Made by a program: the position numbers and the translations under genes
Notes under the pieces: model-generated
Seen by the model: only the letters and a program-made list of their open reading frames with translations
The model's database searches: none
What the model was told of the DNA's origin: nothing
Shown here: positions 15,434 through 24,518 of the stretch, piece after piece
How positions within the stretch are numbered: the stretch's first letter is position 1
How the letters are laid out: each line of letters opens with the position of its first letter
Assembly: GCA_038046425.1 (NCBI GenBank)
Contig: JBBSWG010000056.1
Coordinates: 1 to 42,603, forward strand
Source: Nanobdellota archaeon
GTDB lineage: Archaea > Nanobdellota > Nanobdellia > Woesearchaeales > GW2011-AR9
Direction of reading: 5' to 3'
Length of the DNA: 42,603 nt

Positions 15434-16627
15434 TTACTCACACACAAACTCATAAACGGTGACCGCTTCCACTTTCTTCTGCTCATTGAATTCCGTGATC
15501 GTAAAATACTGCGTTCCGGGGTTTAATTCCCAGGGTTCGTCCGGATCAAGGTAAATGACTGGAACTTCCACTCCTTCCACCGTTTCCTTTACTGTACTCT
15601 TGGTAATCATTTCATTCAACCATTTCTCCAAATTGCTGTGCTTACCTACTTGCCCGTCATGGAAATGCCCGCCATAGACTGCTTTCGCCTGGGCCGAATA
15701 CTCTAAAGTGATATCTCCGGTAACACAGCCCTGAATATCGGTTCTTCCGGCATCGTTGTGAGGCAACTTGTGGGTAAGATAAATATCTATTTCAGCGGGA
15801 GAGCCTAACCTGCTCCGTTGCTTGCGTTGATATTCACGCAGATCTCCGCCGGTATGCACCAAATTCTTCTTTTCTTCTTGGTCTGAGGCAGTTTCGATAG
15901 CCTGACTAAGAAAATCAGCCGAGTAACCTGAACTGTAATTGACAAAATAATCCTCCAGCGCAATCTTAACGGCCGGATTAGTATAGAATGGCGGCACCTC
16001 CCAAGTATTTAGATCACCTTTTATGATGTATTGCCGGCCAGTTCTGCTGATAATGACCGGAACTTCATCGTCGGCAAGTCCCTCTTCATTGGCTTTATCC
16101 ACAAATACGACTTTCATCGGGTCAAATTGCTCATAGCCTAAGGTAAAATCATGATTGCCCAGGGTGGCAAATACCGTACAGGGAAATTTATGAAATTCAG
16201 TCGCGAGGCGCTTATATGAATCTTCCACAATTCCCATTAAATCATTTTTAAGCTCAAGTTTGTGCTCATTTACTTCTTCCATAATAAGTTTCTGCTGCTG
16301 TGCCAGCAACTGTTCCAATTCTTTCCTTTCCGCTTCGCCCAGGGTATCAGGATTAAACTGCCCGTCTCGAACATGCTTCTGAACAAATTGCCTCAACGTC
16401 TTTTCAGCAGCTCTTACTTCCTCCGTAGCCACGTATTCCATCGTCTTCTGTGCCATTTTGTTGGCCGTAACCTCTCTTCCCTCCTGGGGATTGCCTTCCA
16501 GAAAATCGCCGGTAAAGAACACCGCAGCAATCTGCTCCTTTCGTCGCTGGACAAAGTCCGTTAAGACCGCTAAGCGGTCGTATTCCTCACCTAAGTCCGT
16601 GAAATGTAAGACGGTTAAATCAGCCAT
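15434..16627 (-). CDS. metallophosphoesterase (calcineurin-like) with a ~110-aa helical insertion
   Basis: Motifs VLHFTDLG, FFTGDFLEG, LGNHDF and GGHFHDG. A coiled-coil-like insert lies between the GD and GNHD motifs. A TTTATAAATA box lies about 25 nt upstream of the ATG. Confidence 0.65.
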   Translation of the reverse strand: MADLTVLHFTDLGEEYDRLAVLTDFVQRRKEQIAAVFFTGDFLEGNPQEGREVTANKMAQKTMEYVATEEVRAAEKTLRQFVQKHVRDGQFNPDTLGEAERKELEQLLAQQQKLIMEEVNEHKLELKNDLMGIVEDSYKRLATEFHKFPCTVFATLGNHDFTLGYEQFDPMKVVFVDKANEEGLADDEVPVIISRTGRQYIIKGDLNTWEVPPFYTNPAVKIALEDYFVNYSSGYSADFLSQAIETASDQEEKKNLVHTGGDLREYQRKQRSRLGSPAEIDIYLTHKLPHNDAGRTDIQGCVTGDITLEYSAQAKAVYGGHFHDGQVGKHSNLEKWLNEMITKSTVKETVEGVEVPVIYLDPDEPWELNPGTQYFTITEFNEQKKVEAVTVYEFVCE

Positions 16628-16686
16628 AAAGAGCCTAAAAACACCAGTTATTTATAAACTTTTCTATTTTTATTACTCAATTAGGG

Positions 16687-16941
16687 TTACATTACTTTTA
16701 CTTTCTGCCCCAGCGCTTGCCCCGGCAGGCCTTTCTCTGAGAAATGAGCCCGGACGCTACCCTTTCGGCCGTGTAATTGGGTGATTTTTCCTTTAATTTC
16801 TTTGCCAGCGGGAGAAGTCCAGATAACAGTTTTACCGATGGCTTTTTTCGCTTCTTCCACGGAATCAGCTACTTTCAGCACGTTCTGATATGGTTTGACG
16901 TGATGCCTTCCCATCCGAAAATGAACAACGATGGCTTCCAT
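16687..16941 (-). CDS. rpl35ae: 50S ribosomal protein L35Ae (eL33)
   Basis: [49 protein letters not shown] closely parallels archaeal L35Ae C-terminal sequences as I remember them (..[27 protein letters not shown]..). Confidence 0.85.
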   Translation of the reverse strand: [84 protein letters not shown]

Positions 16942-16963
16942 AGATTGCTAAAACCGGGGCTGA

Positions 16964-16971
16964 TTTATAAA
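16964..16971. promoter_or_regulatory. palindromic TATA box TTTATAAA between rpl35ae and the structured element at 17097
   Basis: It lies 23 nt upstream of the rpl35ae ATG on the minus strand. Because the box is palindromic, it could also fire rightwards. Confidence 0.45.
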
Positions 16972-17096
16972 GATTATTATGAGTAAAGATTGTTGTGGGT
17001 AAAGGTAGTGAAGCTAATAAGCAAGGCGAGGGAACGTGGCTACCAAAAACTATCTCTTGAAGTATCACTCCAGTAACCTGAAGTACAACTAAAAAA

Positions 17097-17441
17097 GGGC
17101 ACAATCCATTTTGTGAGTGATTTCCTGAACAACGCCGCCGCCCGTGCCAAGAGGTGAGCCGAGCGGTGGTGGTTACGGAGCTTTGTTCACCAGTTCCACC
17201 GCTTTTGAATAAGACTATGATTATACGACGATAGACGCAGCGAGCGGTGGCGAGGCTCACGGCACAGGCGGCGTTGTTCGGAGGGAAGGGCACTATCGGC
17301 TCGCTCTTGGCATGTATTTTCTGACTGTGGCGCCTCCCCGGATGGGGCAACCCCCTCCACAGAATAATGTTGATTCTGATACTATCGCTCGCATCTTGAT
17401 AGTGCCCTTCCCCCGAAATCACTCACCTTTTGGATTGTGCC
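17097..17441. ncRNA. candidate large structured RNA (345 nt, three-way junction), identity unknown
   Basis: The closing stem is 17098-17108/17431-17441 (11 bp) plus 17113-17124/17415-17426 (12 bp), separated by a 4x4 U-rich internal loop. Arm 1 is closed by 17127-17139/17267-17279 (13 bp). Arm 2 is closed by 17283-17297/17398-17412 (15 bp perfect). An A6 run at 17091-17096 gives T6 right after the element on the minus strand. Only an implausible 185-aa antisense ORF overlaps it. Confidence 0.4.
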
Positions 17442-17495
17442 TAAAAAAGGAAAGATTTTAGAACTAGTCCCTCTTTTCTAAGTATTGATGATGGC

Positions 17496-18305
17496 ATGAA
17501 GACTAAACATCGCCTTACCGGGTATATCATCCTGGGCCTCGTTCTGATAGTGGTTATCGCCTTAAACTTCCTTTTTCCGGGACTGCGTCAGTTAGCTTCG
17601 CCCTCTTTTGTCCGGGAATACCTGTTAAGTGCTGGTGCCTGGGGCTATCTGCTGTACATCATCATTTTCCTATTGAGCGTTCCCCTGCCCATACCCAGCA
17701 TGCCTTTAGCGGTGGTCGGAGGCTATGTTTTTGGCCTAGTTCTCGGCATTATCCTAACGATGATCGCGGCGATCATCGGCGCGAGCATTGCCTTTTTCCT
17801 CGTCCGGCGGTACGGCGAACCACTTCTGGAAAAGATGGTCAGCAAGCACCATGTCCTGCATTTCCAGCATATCTTCCGGCAACGAGGCGTCAACGGCGCT
17901 ATCATCGCCTATGCTGTTCCGGTCTTCCCCAGCGACACCCTGAATTTTATCATGGGGATGATGAAGATCCGCTGGCCTACCTTCCTGCTGATCGTGATTC
18001 TGGGAAATATTCCACGATATCTTATTGTGACGGCCCTAGGAGAGGACCTGCACCTGGGCTTTACTACAAAATCAATGATTACGATAGCTTTCGCGGTTCT
18101 CTTCCTGCTCATCACCTTGTTCCGCGAGCGGCTCAAGAAAGTCGTGTTTAAGGAACTTCGCACCCTGGAAAAAGAGCTGGGGAAAGAAGCCTATTGGGTG
18201 GAGAAAGAGATAAAAGTGATGGAACGCCAGGCCGGCTTTAGCCGCTGGCGCTGGAGGTTACAGCGCTTTAGAAGAATAGACGAAAGAAGGGAAAAAAGAA
18301 GGTAA
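17496..18305 (+). CDS. TVP38/TMEM64 (DedA/SNARE-associated) family membrane protein
   Basis: VVGGYVFGLVLGIILTMIAAIIGASIAFFLVRRYG fits the family core (GxxFGxxxGxxxxxxGxxxGAxxxFxxxRxxG). It has an Arg-rich C-terminal tail. Confidence 0.7.
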   Translation: MKTKHRLTGYIILGLVLIVVIALNFLFPGLRQLASPSFVREYLLSAGAWGYLLYIIIFLLSVPLPIPSMPLAVVGGYVFGLVLGIILTMIAAIIGASIAFFLVRRYGEPLLEKMVSKHHVLHFQHIFRQRGVNGAIIAYAVPVFPSDTLNFIMGMMKIRWPTFLLIVILGNIPRYLIVTALGEDLHLGFTTKSMITIAFAVLFLLITLFRERLKKVVFKELRTLEKELGKEAYWVEKEIKVMERQAGFSRWRWRLQRFRRIDERREKRR

Positions 18306-18350
18306 AGAAAAAGTGAAAAGAAGAAAGGTATTTGTTTAGCACCTTCAAAA

Positions 18351-19139
18351 TCATTTAATCCTTTTCTGTTTCCTAAACTCAAACTCAATCATCAACGGCA
18401 AATGATCTGAAAAGTGGAATTTTAACACCGAATATTGACACACCCTGATTTGCGGCGAGGTGAGAATGTAATCCAGCCGTCGGGAGGGATGCCAGGCCGG
18501 CTCCGTCAGCGGGATAGATTTCTGGTGTAGGCCAACTTTATCTTTAAGATGCGTTTTAGTAAGCAGTTCCTGGATCTCTTCCTCTCCATGAAAAGTGTTG
18601 AAGTCGCCCATCAGGATGACGGGATTCCTGATCGCATTGACAATCTTAACTAATTCATGAATTTGCCGGGCTCTGGTTTTCCGGCCTAACGCCAGATGAG
18701 CTACGAGCAGCGTTACTGGTTTAGGACAGTGGATAGTAGCCTCAATCACCAGCCGTTTCGTGCCCTCGTGAAAGACATGATACCTTATTTTCTTGAATTT
18801 AAAGCGGGAAATCAAGGCATTGGCCTGCTTATTGAGGATCGGAACATGATGAAACAGCTTTAGCCAGCCATGGAGGGGGTACTTAACTTTCTCAATGAAG
18901 TTATGGAAACCCAGTTTTTCCTCCAGGAAACGGACTTCATCTTTCCCCCGGCTGCGGAGGGAACCAATATCCACCTCAATCAGGGCCAGGATGTCCGGCT
19001 TTTGTTTTTTAAGGGCGGTCACCAGACGGAGGTCGAGATTTTTAGGGGGCTTAAAGATTTTCCAGATCTTTAGGTAATCCCACCATCTCCCCACTAAGCC
19101 TTCACAGTACTCGATGTTATAGGTGATGACCCGAACCAT
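18351..19139 (-). CDS. endonuclease/exonuclease/phosphatase (EEP) family protein
   Basis: VITYNIEY, ILALIEVD, MGDFNTF and the C-terminal SDHLPL are typical EEP motifs. Confidence 0.7.
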   Translation of the reverse strand: MVRVITYNIEYCEGLVGRWWDYLKIWKIFKPPKNLDLRLVTALKKQKPDILALIEVDIGSLRSRGKDEVRFLEEKLGFHNFIEKVKYPLHGWLKLFHHVPILNKQANALISRFKFKKIRYHVFHEGTKRLVIEATIHCPKPVTLLVAHLALGRKTRARQIHELVKIVNAIRNPVILMGDFNTFHGEEEIQELLTKTHLKDKVGLHQKSIPLTEPAWHPSRRLDYILTSPQIRVCQYSVLKFHFSDHLPLMIEFEFRKQKRIK

Positions 19140-19171
19140 TATAATAAGAAATAAACGAAAGTATATAATAT

Positions 19172-20407
19172 TTACTTTAATATCCCATAGCCAATCAGCC
19201 GGAAGCGGTCCCCTACTCTTCTTGAAATAGTAAGGCGATCCCCTTTATTGGCGCAAATTGGCTTCTTTAACGTACAGCTCGTATTCTTCTTACTGGGATC
19301 CGACACGATTCCCACCGTAGCTGCAGAATTGACATTCAACATCAATACTTCATTCTTGGCCAACGGTTTAACTTCCGCCTCTTCTTTTGTCCCTACTACT
19401 CGTTCTAGTAGATGCGTCTCAATCGTGATCTGATAGTGGAGCGGCGGTAGTCTTTCCGGTAAGCCGACTAAGCTGCCCACCAGAGAATCAGATTTGACAA
19501 TACCGGGATCAAGTAACGTGGAAATAGCCATACTTCCCCCCGGTATGATTTCCGGCACCGCGGCCCCTCCCGAATGGATCTGGACAATGGTTGTAGTCAA
19601 AGGCTTCCATATTTTTTTGTTTTTTTCCTCGACGACATAGCCCGGCCGGATCTCGATTTCCTGTCCAACGGTAAACTTTCCTTGTTTGACTGTTCCACCA
19701 AGTATGCCCCCCTGAAGCCGTTCTGGTTTCACTCCGGGCTTGTTGATGTCAAATGAGCGAGCCACCAGCATGATTGGTTCTTTCTGCACATCACGCGGGG
19801 GTGTTGGTATCTGTTCCTGAATGGCTTGCAGAAGCTTGTCCACATTCACGTTAGCCCGTGCTGAGATCGGAATAATCGGGGCATTCACAAACTCAGTGTT
19901 CGCTAAAAATTCGCGGATTTGCCGATAATTCTCCAGAGCTTCAGCATGCGTGGCCAGGTCGATTTTATTCTGGACGATAATGATTTTCTTAATGCCGCAG
20001 ATCTGTAAGGCCATGAGATGTTCTTTCGTCTGTGGCTGTGGGCATTTTTCGTTCGCCGCAATCAACAGCAGGGCGCCATCAACGATGGCCGCCCCGCTTA
20101 ACATCGTGGCCATCAGCGATTCATGTCCGGGGGCATCCACCAGGGAGATCGTGCGCAGGAGCGTAAGCCAATCATCACTGGAAACATGGCCTTTGGGACA
20201 TTTTTCTTTCGTGGTATAACTATTACACTTCTCACAGCGGTAAATGGTAAAATCCGCGTAGCCGAGACGGATGGTGATCCCCCGTTTCAATTCTTCCGAA
20301 TGGGTATCGGTCCATTTCCCCGACAAGCGTTCCGTCAATGTCGTTTTACCATGGTCAACATGGCCGACTAAGGCCAGGTTCAGTTCCGGTTGAATGTGGT
20401 TTTTCAC
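19172..20407 (-). CDS. eif2g: translation initiation factor aIF2 gamma subunit
   Basis: GHVDHGKTTL, DAPGH and QNKIDL are the GTPase motifs. A zinc-ribbon-like insert (CEKCNSY..KCPKGH) is present, and the length is 411 aa. Confidence 0.95.
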   Translation of the reverse strand: MKNHIQPELNLALVGHVDHGKTTLTERLSGKWTDTHSEELKRGITIRLGYADFTIYRCEKCNSYTTKEKCPKGHVSSDDWLTLLRTISLVDAPGHESLMATMLSGAAIVDGALLLIAANEKCPQPQTKEHLMALQICGIKKIIIVQNKIDLATHAEALENYRQIREFLANTEFVNAPIIPISARANVNVDKLLQAIQEQIPTPPRDVQKEPIMLVARSFDINKPGVKPERLQGGILGGTVKQGKFTVGQEIEIRPGYVVEEKNKKIWKPLTTTIVQIHSGGAAVPEIIPGGSMAISTLLDPGIVKSDSLVGSLVGLPERLPPLHYQITIETHLLERVVGTKEEAEVKPLAKNEVLMLNVNSAATVGIVSDPSKKNTSCTLKKPICANKGDRLTISRRVGDRFRLIGYGILK

Positions 20408-20526
20408 CGAAAGCTGAAACCAAGAGCCATTTATAAACGTTTAGATAGTTTGTGATTTCAGTTCTAAAAATTTATAAATAATCATTATTCCCGTAATTAT
20501 TTAGCCAGCTTGGCCAAGGCGAGATC

Positions 20527-20808
20527 ATGACACCATTTAAAATCATCCACCATAAGCAGGACTGCATCAGCTGCGGCGCTTGTGCGGCGATCCAGCCCGA
20601 ATTTTGGGAGATGGATGAACGGGGCTTGGCGCATTTAAAGAGTTCGGTACCGGTGAACAGCCATTGGGAACGGTCCATCAGCACGGAAGAAGAGCGTGCG
20701 GCAAACCAGGAAGCAGCGGATTGCTGTCCGGTAAATATTATCAAAGTGGAGAATTTTGCAAAGCAAAATTCTCCAGCGCGGAGAGAGGGGGGACAATTAA
20801 CACAGTAA
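20527..20808 (+). CDS. small [4Fe-4S] ferredoxin; the C-terminal tail probably runs into a repeat element
   Basis: CISCGACAAIQPEFW ... AADCCPVNII. The last ~20 codons (ENFAKQNSPARREGGQLTQ) are read from palindromic hairpin repeat copy 2. Confidence 0.7.
   Translation: MTPFKIIHHKQDCISCGACAAIQPEFWEMDERGLAHLKSSVPVNSHWERSISTEEERAANQEAADCCPVNIIKVENFAKQNSPARREGGQLTQ
20748..20774. repeat. palindromic hairpin repeat GGAGAATTTTGC-AAA-GCAAAATTCTCC (copy 2 of 3)
   Basis: 12-bp perfect stem. Together with the flank CAGCGCGG it is the reverse complement of copy 1 plus its flank. Confidence 0.7.
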
Positions 20809-20839
20809 TTAACAGAGTAATTAACAAAGTAATTAACAG
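20792..20839. repeat. 12-bp tandem repeat AGTAATTAACAG (about 4 units)
   Basis: ACAATTAACAC / AGTAATTAACAG / AGTAATTAACAA / AGTAATTAACAG, located between the convergent ferredoxin and fibrillarin genes. Confidence 0.75.
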
Positions 20840-20865
20840 CAGCAAGTTGCGCAGTTATATATACC

Positions 20866-21534
20866 TCACGGCTTCTTCACAATAATCAGGCAATGATCTT
20901 TCTGATACGGCTCTAGGATCCGGTAATCAATCACCGTAAACAGTTTCTCCAGCATCCTCCGCACTTCTTCAAAAATCACTTTTGGCTTCTTCGTGACATC
21001 AATACTTCTGGCTTTTACGGCCAGCAGGCCATAGCCCCCTTTCTTCAGGAAGAGCTGGCAGTTGCGGATAAAGATATCAGCCTGATTCCGCTGAGCGACG
21101 TCCTGGTAGACGATGTCCGCGAGACAGATCTTATCGGTGTACTCTTCCGGATGGTTGGCATCAGCAAGAATAGGCACGATGTTCTTGCGCTCTTCAGCTA
21201 AAAAGACCAGATCACGCATCACCCGGGGAGCCGGATCAAGAGCAAAAATAAGCCCTTCTTGGCCCACTATGTCGCTGACAAAGCTTACGGTATAGCCATG
21301 ACTGCTGCCAAGATAGAGAATCACATCACCTTTACGGATGAACACATTGGTACAGCCTTTCGTAATCGTGGCCGCCAGCTTGCTCCTCGTGGGCTCAAAT
21401 TCGCGGTATTCAACCCCGCCCTGCCGGAGAATGTTCTCGGCAAAAGGCATCTTTCCCGGCAACAGGCTTTGGGTGTAGAGCCGATAGCCATCACTGTACA
21501 CTTCAAATATCTTGTGGGGGATTAGTTTAGACAT
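20866..21534 (-). CDS. flpA: fibrillarin-like rRNA/tRNA 2'-O-methyltransferase
   Basis: SKLAATI, VILYLGSSHGYTVSFVSDIVG, ILADANHPEEY and YQDVAQRNQADI match the fibrillarin SAM-MTase blocks. It is adjacent to nop5. Confidence 0.92.
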   Translation of the reverse strand: MSKLIPHKIFEVYSDGYRLYTQSLLPGKMPFAENILRQGGVEYREFEPTRSKLAATITKGCTNVFIRKGDVILYLGSSHGYTVSFVSDIVGQEGLIFALDPAPRVMRDLVFLAEERKNIVPILADANHPEEYTDKICLADIVYQDVAQRNQADIFIRNCQLFLKKGGYGLLAVKARSIDVTKKPKVIFEEVRRMLEKLFTVIDYRILEPYQKDHCLIIVKKP

Positions 21535-21544
21535 GGTACGATGT

Positions 21545-22489
21545 TTATTCCTTCAATTTCTCTTCCAGCTCTTTTTTATACTCTCTGGCCTTAAACTCCC
21601 CTTTAAAATAATCGAGTCGAGAGCACAACGACAATTTATCGGCCAGCCTTCTCGCCGCTTTTCCCCGTTCACTGGCTTTGACTTTTTGTACTAAGGGATG
21701 CTGGTAAAGAAGGCCGTATTTAGGCGAGCGGGCTCCGGAAGTGATATGTCGAAATAAGGCCTTCTCCGCTCCCAGCAGCTGAATGGTTGAGGCCGGAAGA
21801 AGAGCCAGATTCTTTAATCCTTTGGCCAGTTCCAGCAGCTTGGCACCAATGGTTGCCCCCGCCAACTCCAGAAGATTAGGACAGTTCTGCTGCATGACCT
21901 CTTCCAGATACTGCTCATGCTTATGGCGCAGCTGGTATAAGTTAACCAGCTCTTTAGCTAAAGCGGTCATTTCCTCAATATCCTCTTTCTTTAATCCTGC
22001 CCCCATAGTTCCCTTTTCCTGATAATCTTTCATCAATTGCTCGCGGGTTTTCGTAGAGGCCAATTCGGCAAATTTTTCGTGGTCGTGCACTCTCTCAGCG
22101 AGTTCCGGGTAATACCAGCCATACCATTCCCGCAGACGTCTGGCTAGCAGATTAGCCGTCTTATCCAGCTCCTGAACGTTGGCGATGGCCTGAATCAAGA
22201 GCTGGTCTTTAGTGACGGAGGCTTTGATTTTCTGTTTAGTTAGGGCGAGATTCTGCCGGTAGAAAGAAGGGTAATACGATGAATTTTTGAGCGCGGCCAG
22301 CGCGGAGGCTATTTTTTCTGGTGGCAGGTCACGCAGGCCGGGATGGCGTTGCCGTAGTTTTTGGCTCGTTTTGTCTTTCGTCTCTCTCGTGGCATATTCC
22401 TCTGGGGGGGAAAAGAGAATCTTCTCTACCACCTGGAACTGGTTGTCAAAGACGAATGAGCCGATAAGGGAAGTATAGATATATTTCAT
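21545..22489 (-). CDS. nop5: Nop5 (Nop56/58) C/D box sRNP core protein, short form
   Basis: LLELAGATIGAKLLELAKGLKNLALLPASTIQLLGAEKALFRH...PKYGLLYQHPLV...RGKAARRLADKLSLCSRLDYF is the NOP domain. At 314 aa it is shorter than typical archaeal Nop5. Confidence 0.9.
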   Translation of the reverse strand: MKYIYTSLIGSFVFDNQFQVVEKILFSPPEEYATRETKDKTSQKLRQRHPGLRDLPPEKIASALAALKNSSYYPSFYRQNLALTKQKIKASVTKDQLLIQAIANVQELDKTANLLARRLREWYGWYYPELAERVHDHEKFAELASTKTREQLMKDYQEKGTMGAGLKKEDIEEMTALAKELVNLYQLRHKHEQYLEEVMQQNCPNLLELAGATIGAKLLELAKGLKNLALLPASTIQLLGAEKALFRHITSGARSPKYGLLYQHPLVQKVKASERGKAARRLADKLSLCSRLDYFKGEFKAREYKKELEEKLKE

Positions 22490-22596
22490 GCGGCCAGCAA
22501 ATGAAGCAGGGTAATATAAACCTTCGCTTGTAAATGCTTCTAGCTGCCCGTACAGCGAAAACTATATAAAAGAAGCCCCCGGTAATCCTTTTTACC

Positions 22597-23028
22597 ATGG
22601 AAATCAAAGACTGCCAGCCCAACCAGGGCAAAATCGAGGTCGTGGCTGAAGTTGTCCATAAAGAGGAGCCCCGTACCTTCAGCAAATTCGGCAAGAAGGG
22701 AAAAGTCTGTAGCGTCCGTATTCAGGATGCCAGCGGGGAAATCCTGCTGACGCTCTGGAATGAGGATATCGAGAAAGTCAATGTGGGTGATACTCTTAAG
22801 CTCGATAACTGCTGGTGCTCAGAATTTAAAGGCGAGAAGCAGCTCTCCACCGGCAAATTCGGTAAGATTGAGGTTATGCAAAAGTCGGAAGAGAAAACGA
22901 TCTTTACTAACGATCCCGCCGCCTTTGCCCGGGAACCCGGGGAGCAGGAAGGGCAACCGTCAGCGGAAGGAGAAGAAGGCGGAGAGGAAGATGGTGGCGT
23001 TGATGTGGAAGAGTTTGTTGAAGAGTAA
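22597..23028 (+). CDS. ssb: single-OB-fold ssDNA-binding protein with an acidic C-terminal tail (crenarchaeal-type SSB)
   Basis: IKDCQPNQGKIEVVAEVV...VRIQDASGEILLTLWNEDIEKVNVGDTLKLDNCWCSEFKGEKQLSTGKFGKIEV parallels the Sulfolobus SSB layout. The tail is EEGGEEDGGVDVEEFVEE. Confidence 0.75.
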   Translation: MEIKDCQPNQGKIEVVAEVVHKEEPRTFSKFGKKGKVCSVRIQDASGEILLTLWNEDIEKVNVGDTLKLDNCWCSEFKGEKQLSTGKFGKIEVMQKSEEKTIFTNDPAAFAREPGEQEGQPSAEGEEGGEEDGGVDVEEFVEE

Positions 23029-23053
23029 AGCTTTAAATAATTCGCGTTGAACA

Positions 23054-23386
23054 ATGAAACTTCTACCATCCCTGCGGGAGCGAAAGCGTTATGTGGTCGT
23101 CGAAGTAATTACCGAACAAAAATTTTCTTTTCCCGAGCTCCGTGAAGCTCTCGAGCAGGCCTTCCAATCGTTCTGGGGGATCCTGGGAATGACGAAAGCT
23201 GCTCCGCAAATCATCAAAGAAAAATGGAACCACTCCACCCAACGGTTGATCATCAAAGTAAGCCACCTGGCCGTGGATGAACTGAAAGCGGCCCTGCTGC
23301 TAAGCAAAAGGATTAAAAACACCCCGATAATTCTGCGCTCAATCAGCACGTCCGGAACGCTGAAGCAGGCGAGTGCCTATTTATGA
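23054..23386 (+). CDS. rnp2: RNase P protein component 2 (Pop5/Rpp14 homolog)
   Basis: LPSLRERKRYVVVEV at the N-terminus, a length of about 110 aa, and a position upstream of psmA as in the conserved archaeal exosome/proteasome superoperon. Confidence 0.75.
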   Translation: MKLLPSLRERKRYVVVEVITEQKFSFPELREALEQAFQSFWGILGMTKAAPQIIKEKWNHSTQRLIIKVSHLAVDELKAALLLSKRIKNTPIILRSISTSGTLKQASAYL

Positions 23387-23438
23387 GCGATTGACCATAA
23401 AGCGCTGATTATACTCTGCTGAAATGAGGTGTTGAACC

Positions 23439-24164
23439 ATGACGATGAACAAACAGATGATTGATAAGATGGGTTATGATCGTTCTATTACTATGTTTGC
23501 GCCGGACGGCCGGCTGCTGCAAGTAGAATATGCAAAAAAGACGGTTAAGCAAGGTTCGACCGCGTTAGCGATTGCCTGCAAGGACGGCGTGGTGTTCGTG
23601 TCGGATAAGCGCATCAATTCCAAATTGATCGTCCCGGAAGCGATCGAAAAGATGTTTAAAGTAGATGATCATATCGGCGTAGCTGCTGCCGGCATTATTT
23701 CCGACGCCCGCGTACTGGTCGATCGCTCTCAATTACGGGCTCAACAACATTACGTAACTTTTGAATCAAAGATTGATGTGCTCAGCATTGTCAAAGAAAT
23801 ATGTGACTTAAAGCAGATTTGTACTCAGTCTGCTGGTTTGCGGCCGTTTGGCGTTTCCCTGCTCGTAGGAGGGGTAGAAGAGGATGGTTCCGTAAAACTG
23901 TTCCTGACGGAACCCTACGGCTTATATTTCCAGTATCGGGCAGCGGTTATTGGCGAGGGCGAGGCGGAAGTGGACGCTGTTTTGCAGAAGCGGTATCGTT
24001 CGAGCATGACGGTCGATGAGGGCATCAAGCTGGGATTGCAGGCGATAAAAGAGTTTTTGAAGCAGGATTTTAACGTCGAGCGGGTGGATGTGGCCTTTAT
24101 TGAGATGAAAGAGAAGCGCTGGACTAAGTTGAGTGACGAGGAGATTGGGAAAGCGTTAAAGTAA
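23439..24164 (+). CDS. psmA: proteasome subunit alpha
   Basis: YDRSITMFAPDGRLLQVEYAKKTVKQGSTALAI is the canonical alpha-subunit N-terminus. The exact start Met is uncertain because several lie close together. Confidence 0.93.
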   Translation: MTMNKQMIDKMGYDRSITMFAPDGRLLQVEYAKKTVKQGSTALAIACKDGVVFVSDKRINSKLIVPEAIEKMFKVDDHIGVAAAGIISDARVLVDRSQLRAQQHYVTFESKIDVLSIVKEICDLKQICTQSAGLRPFGVSLLVGGVEEDGSVKLFLTEPYGLYFQYRAAVIGEGEAEVDAVLQKRYRSSMTVDEGIKLGLQAIKEFLKQDFNVERVDVAFIEMKEKRWTKLSDEEIGKALK

Positions 24165-24177
24165 AACATTTTTCTTC

Positions 24178-24456
24178 ATGACTCTTTCATTCATCCTAGA
24201 GAGATGCAAGACGAAAGCTGGTTACTCCGCTCAACTGCCCTCGTCACGAAAGTTAAATCTGGACAAGATTAAGCAGCATTTTGTGGTGGTGCTGGCGACG
24301 CCGATTTTGCTCGTTATTCAAGAACAGGGACTGGAGATTGTGGTCCATGGTTATGGTGAGTTATTGTTTAAGAATGGGGCAGCAGGACAGGAAGAGCTGA
24401 TGAAGAAAGTGGCGGAGCAAGTGTATGAAGTAGGGTTGGGGAATGATTCTCTGTAG
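24178..24456 (+). CDS. hypothetical small protein (92 aa)
   Basis: ORF track. LEIVVHGYGELLFKNGAAGQEELMKKVAEQVYEVG faintly resembles the C-terminal add-on of archaeal ThiF/MoeB-like proteins. Not confident. Confidence 0.35.
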   Translation: MTLSFILERCKTKAGYSAQLPSSRKLNLDKIKQHFVVVLATPILLVIQEQGLEIVVHGYGELLFKNGAAGQEELMKKVAEQVYEVGLGNDSL

Positions 24457-24518
24457 GCCAATGAATCTTGTTCGCTGCTCTTAAGAAAAAAATGAGAGGT
24501 TACTTTCGTAACCCCCAA

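Noticed and set aside
17097-17441. Calling this element the RNase P RNA, because the order P1-P2-hairpin-GGAGGGAAGGGC...CCACAGAA...3' strands mimics the RNase P layout and Pop5 is nearby.
   Set aside because: The universal CR-I sequence GAGGAAAGUCC and the bulged-U P4 are not reproduced. The would-be P4 is a simple continuous 15-bp nested helix, the specificity-domain region would be only about 100 nt, and ACAGAA is not adjacent to the P4 3' strand. I keep it as an unknown structured element only.
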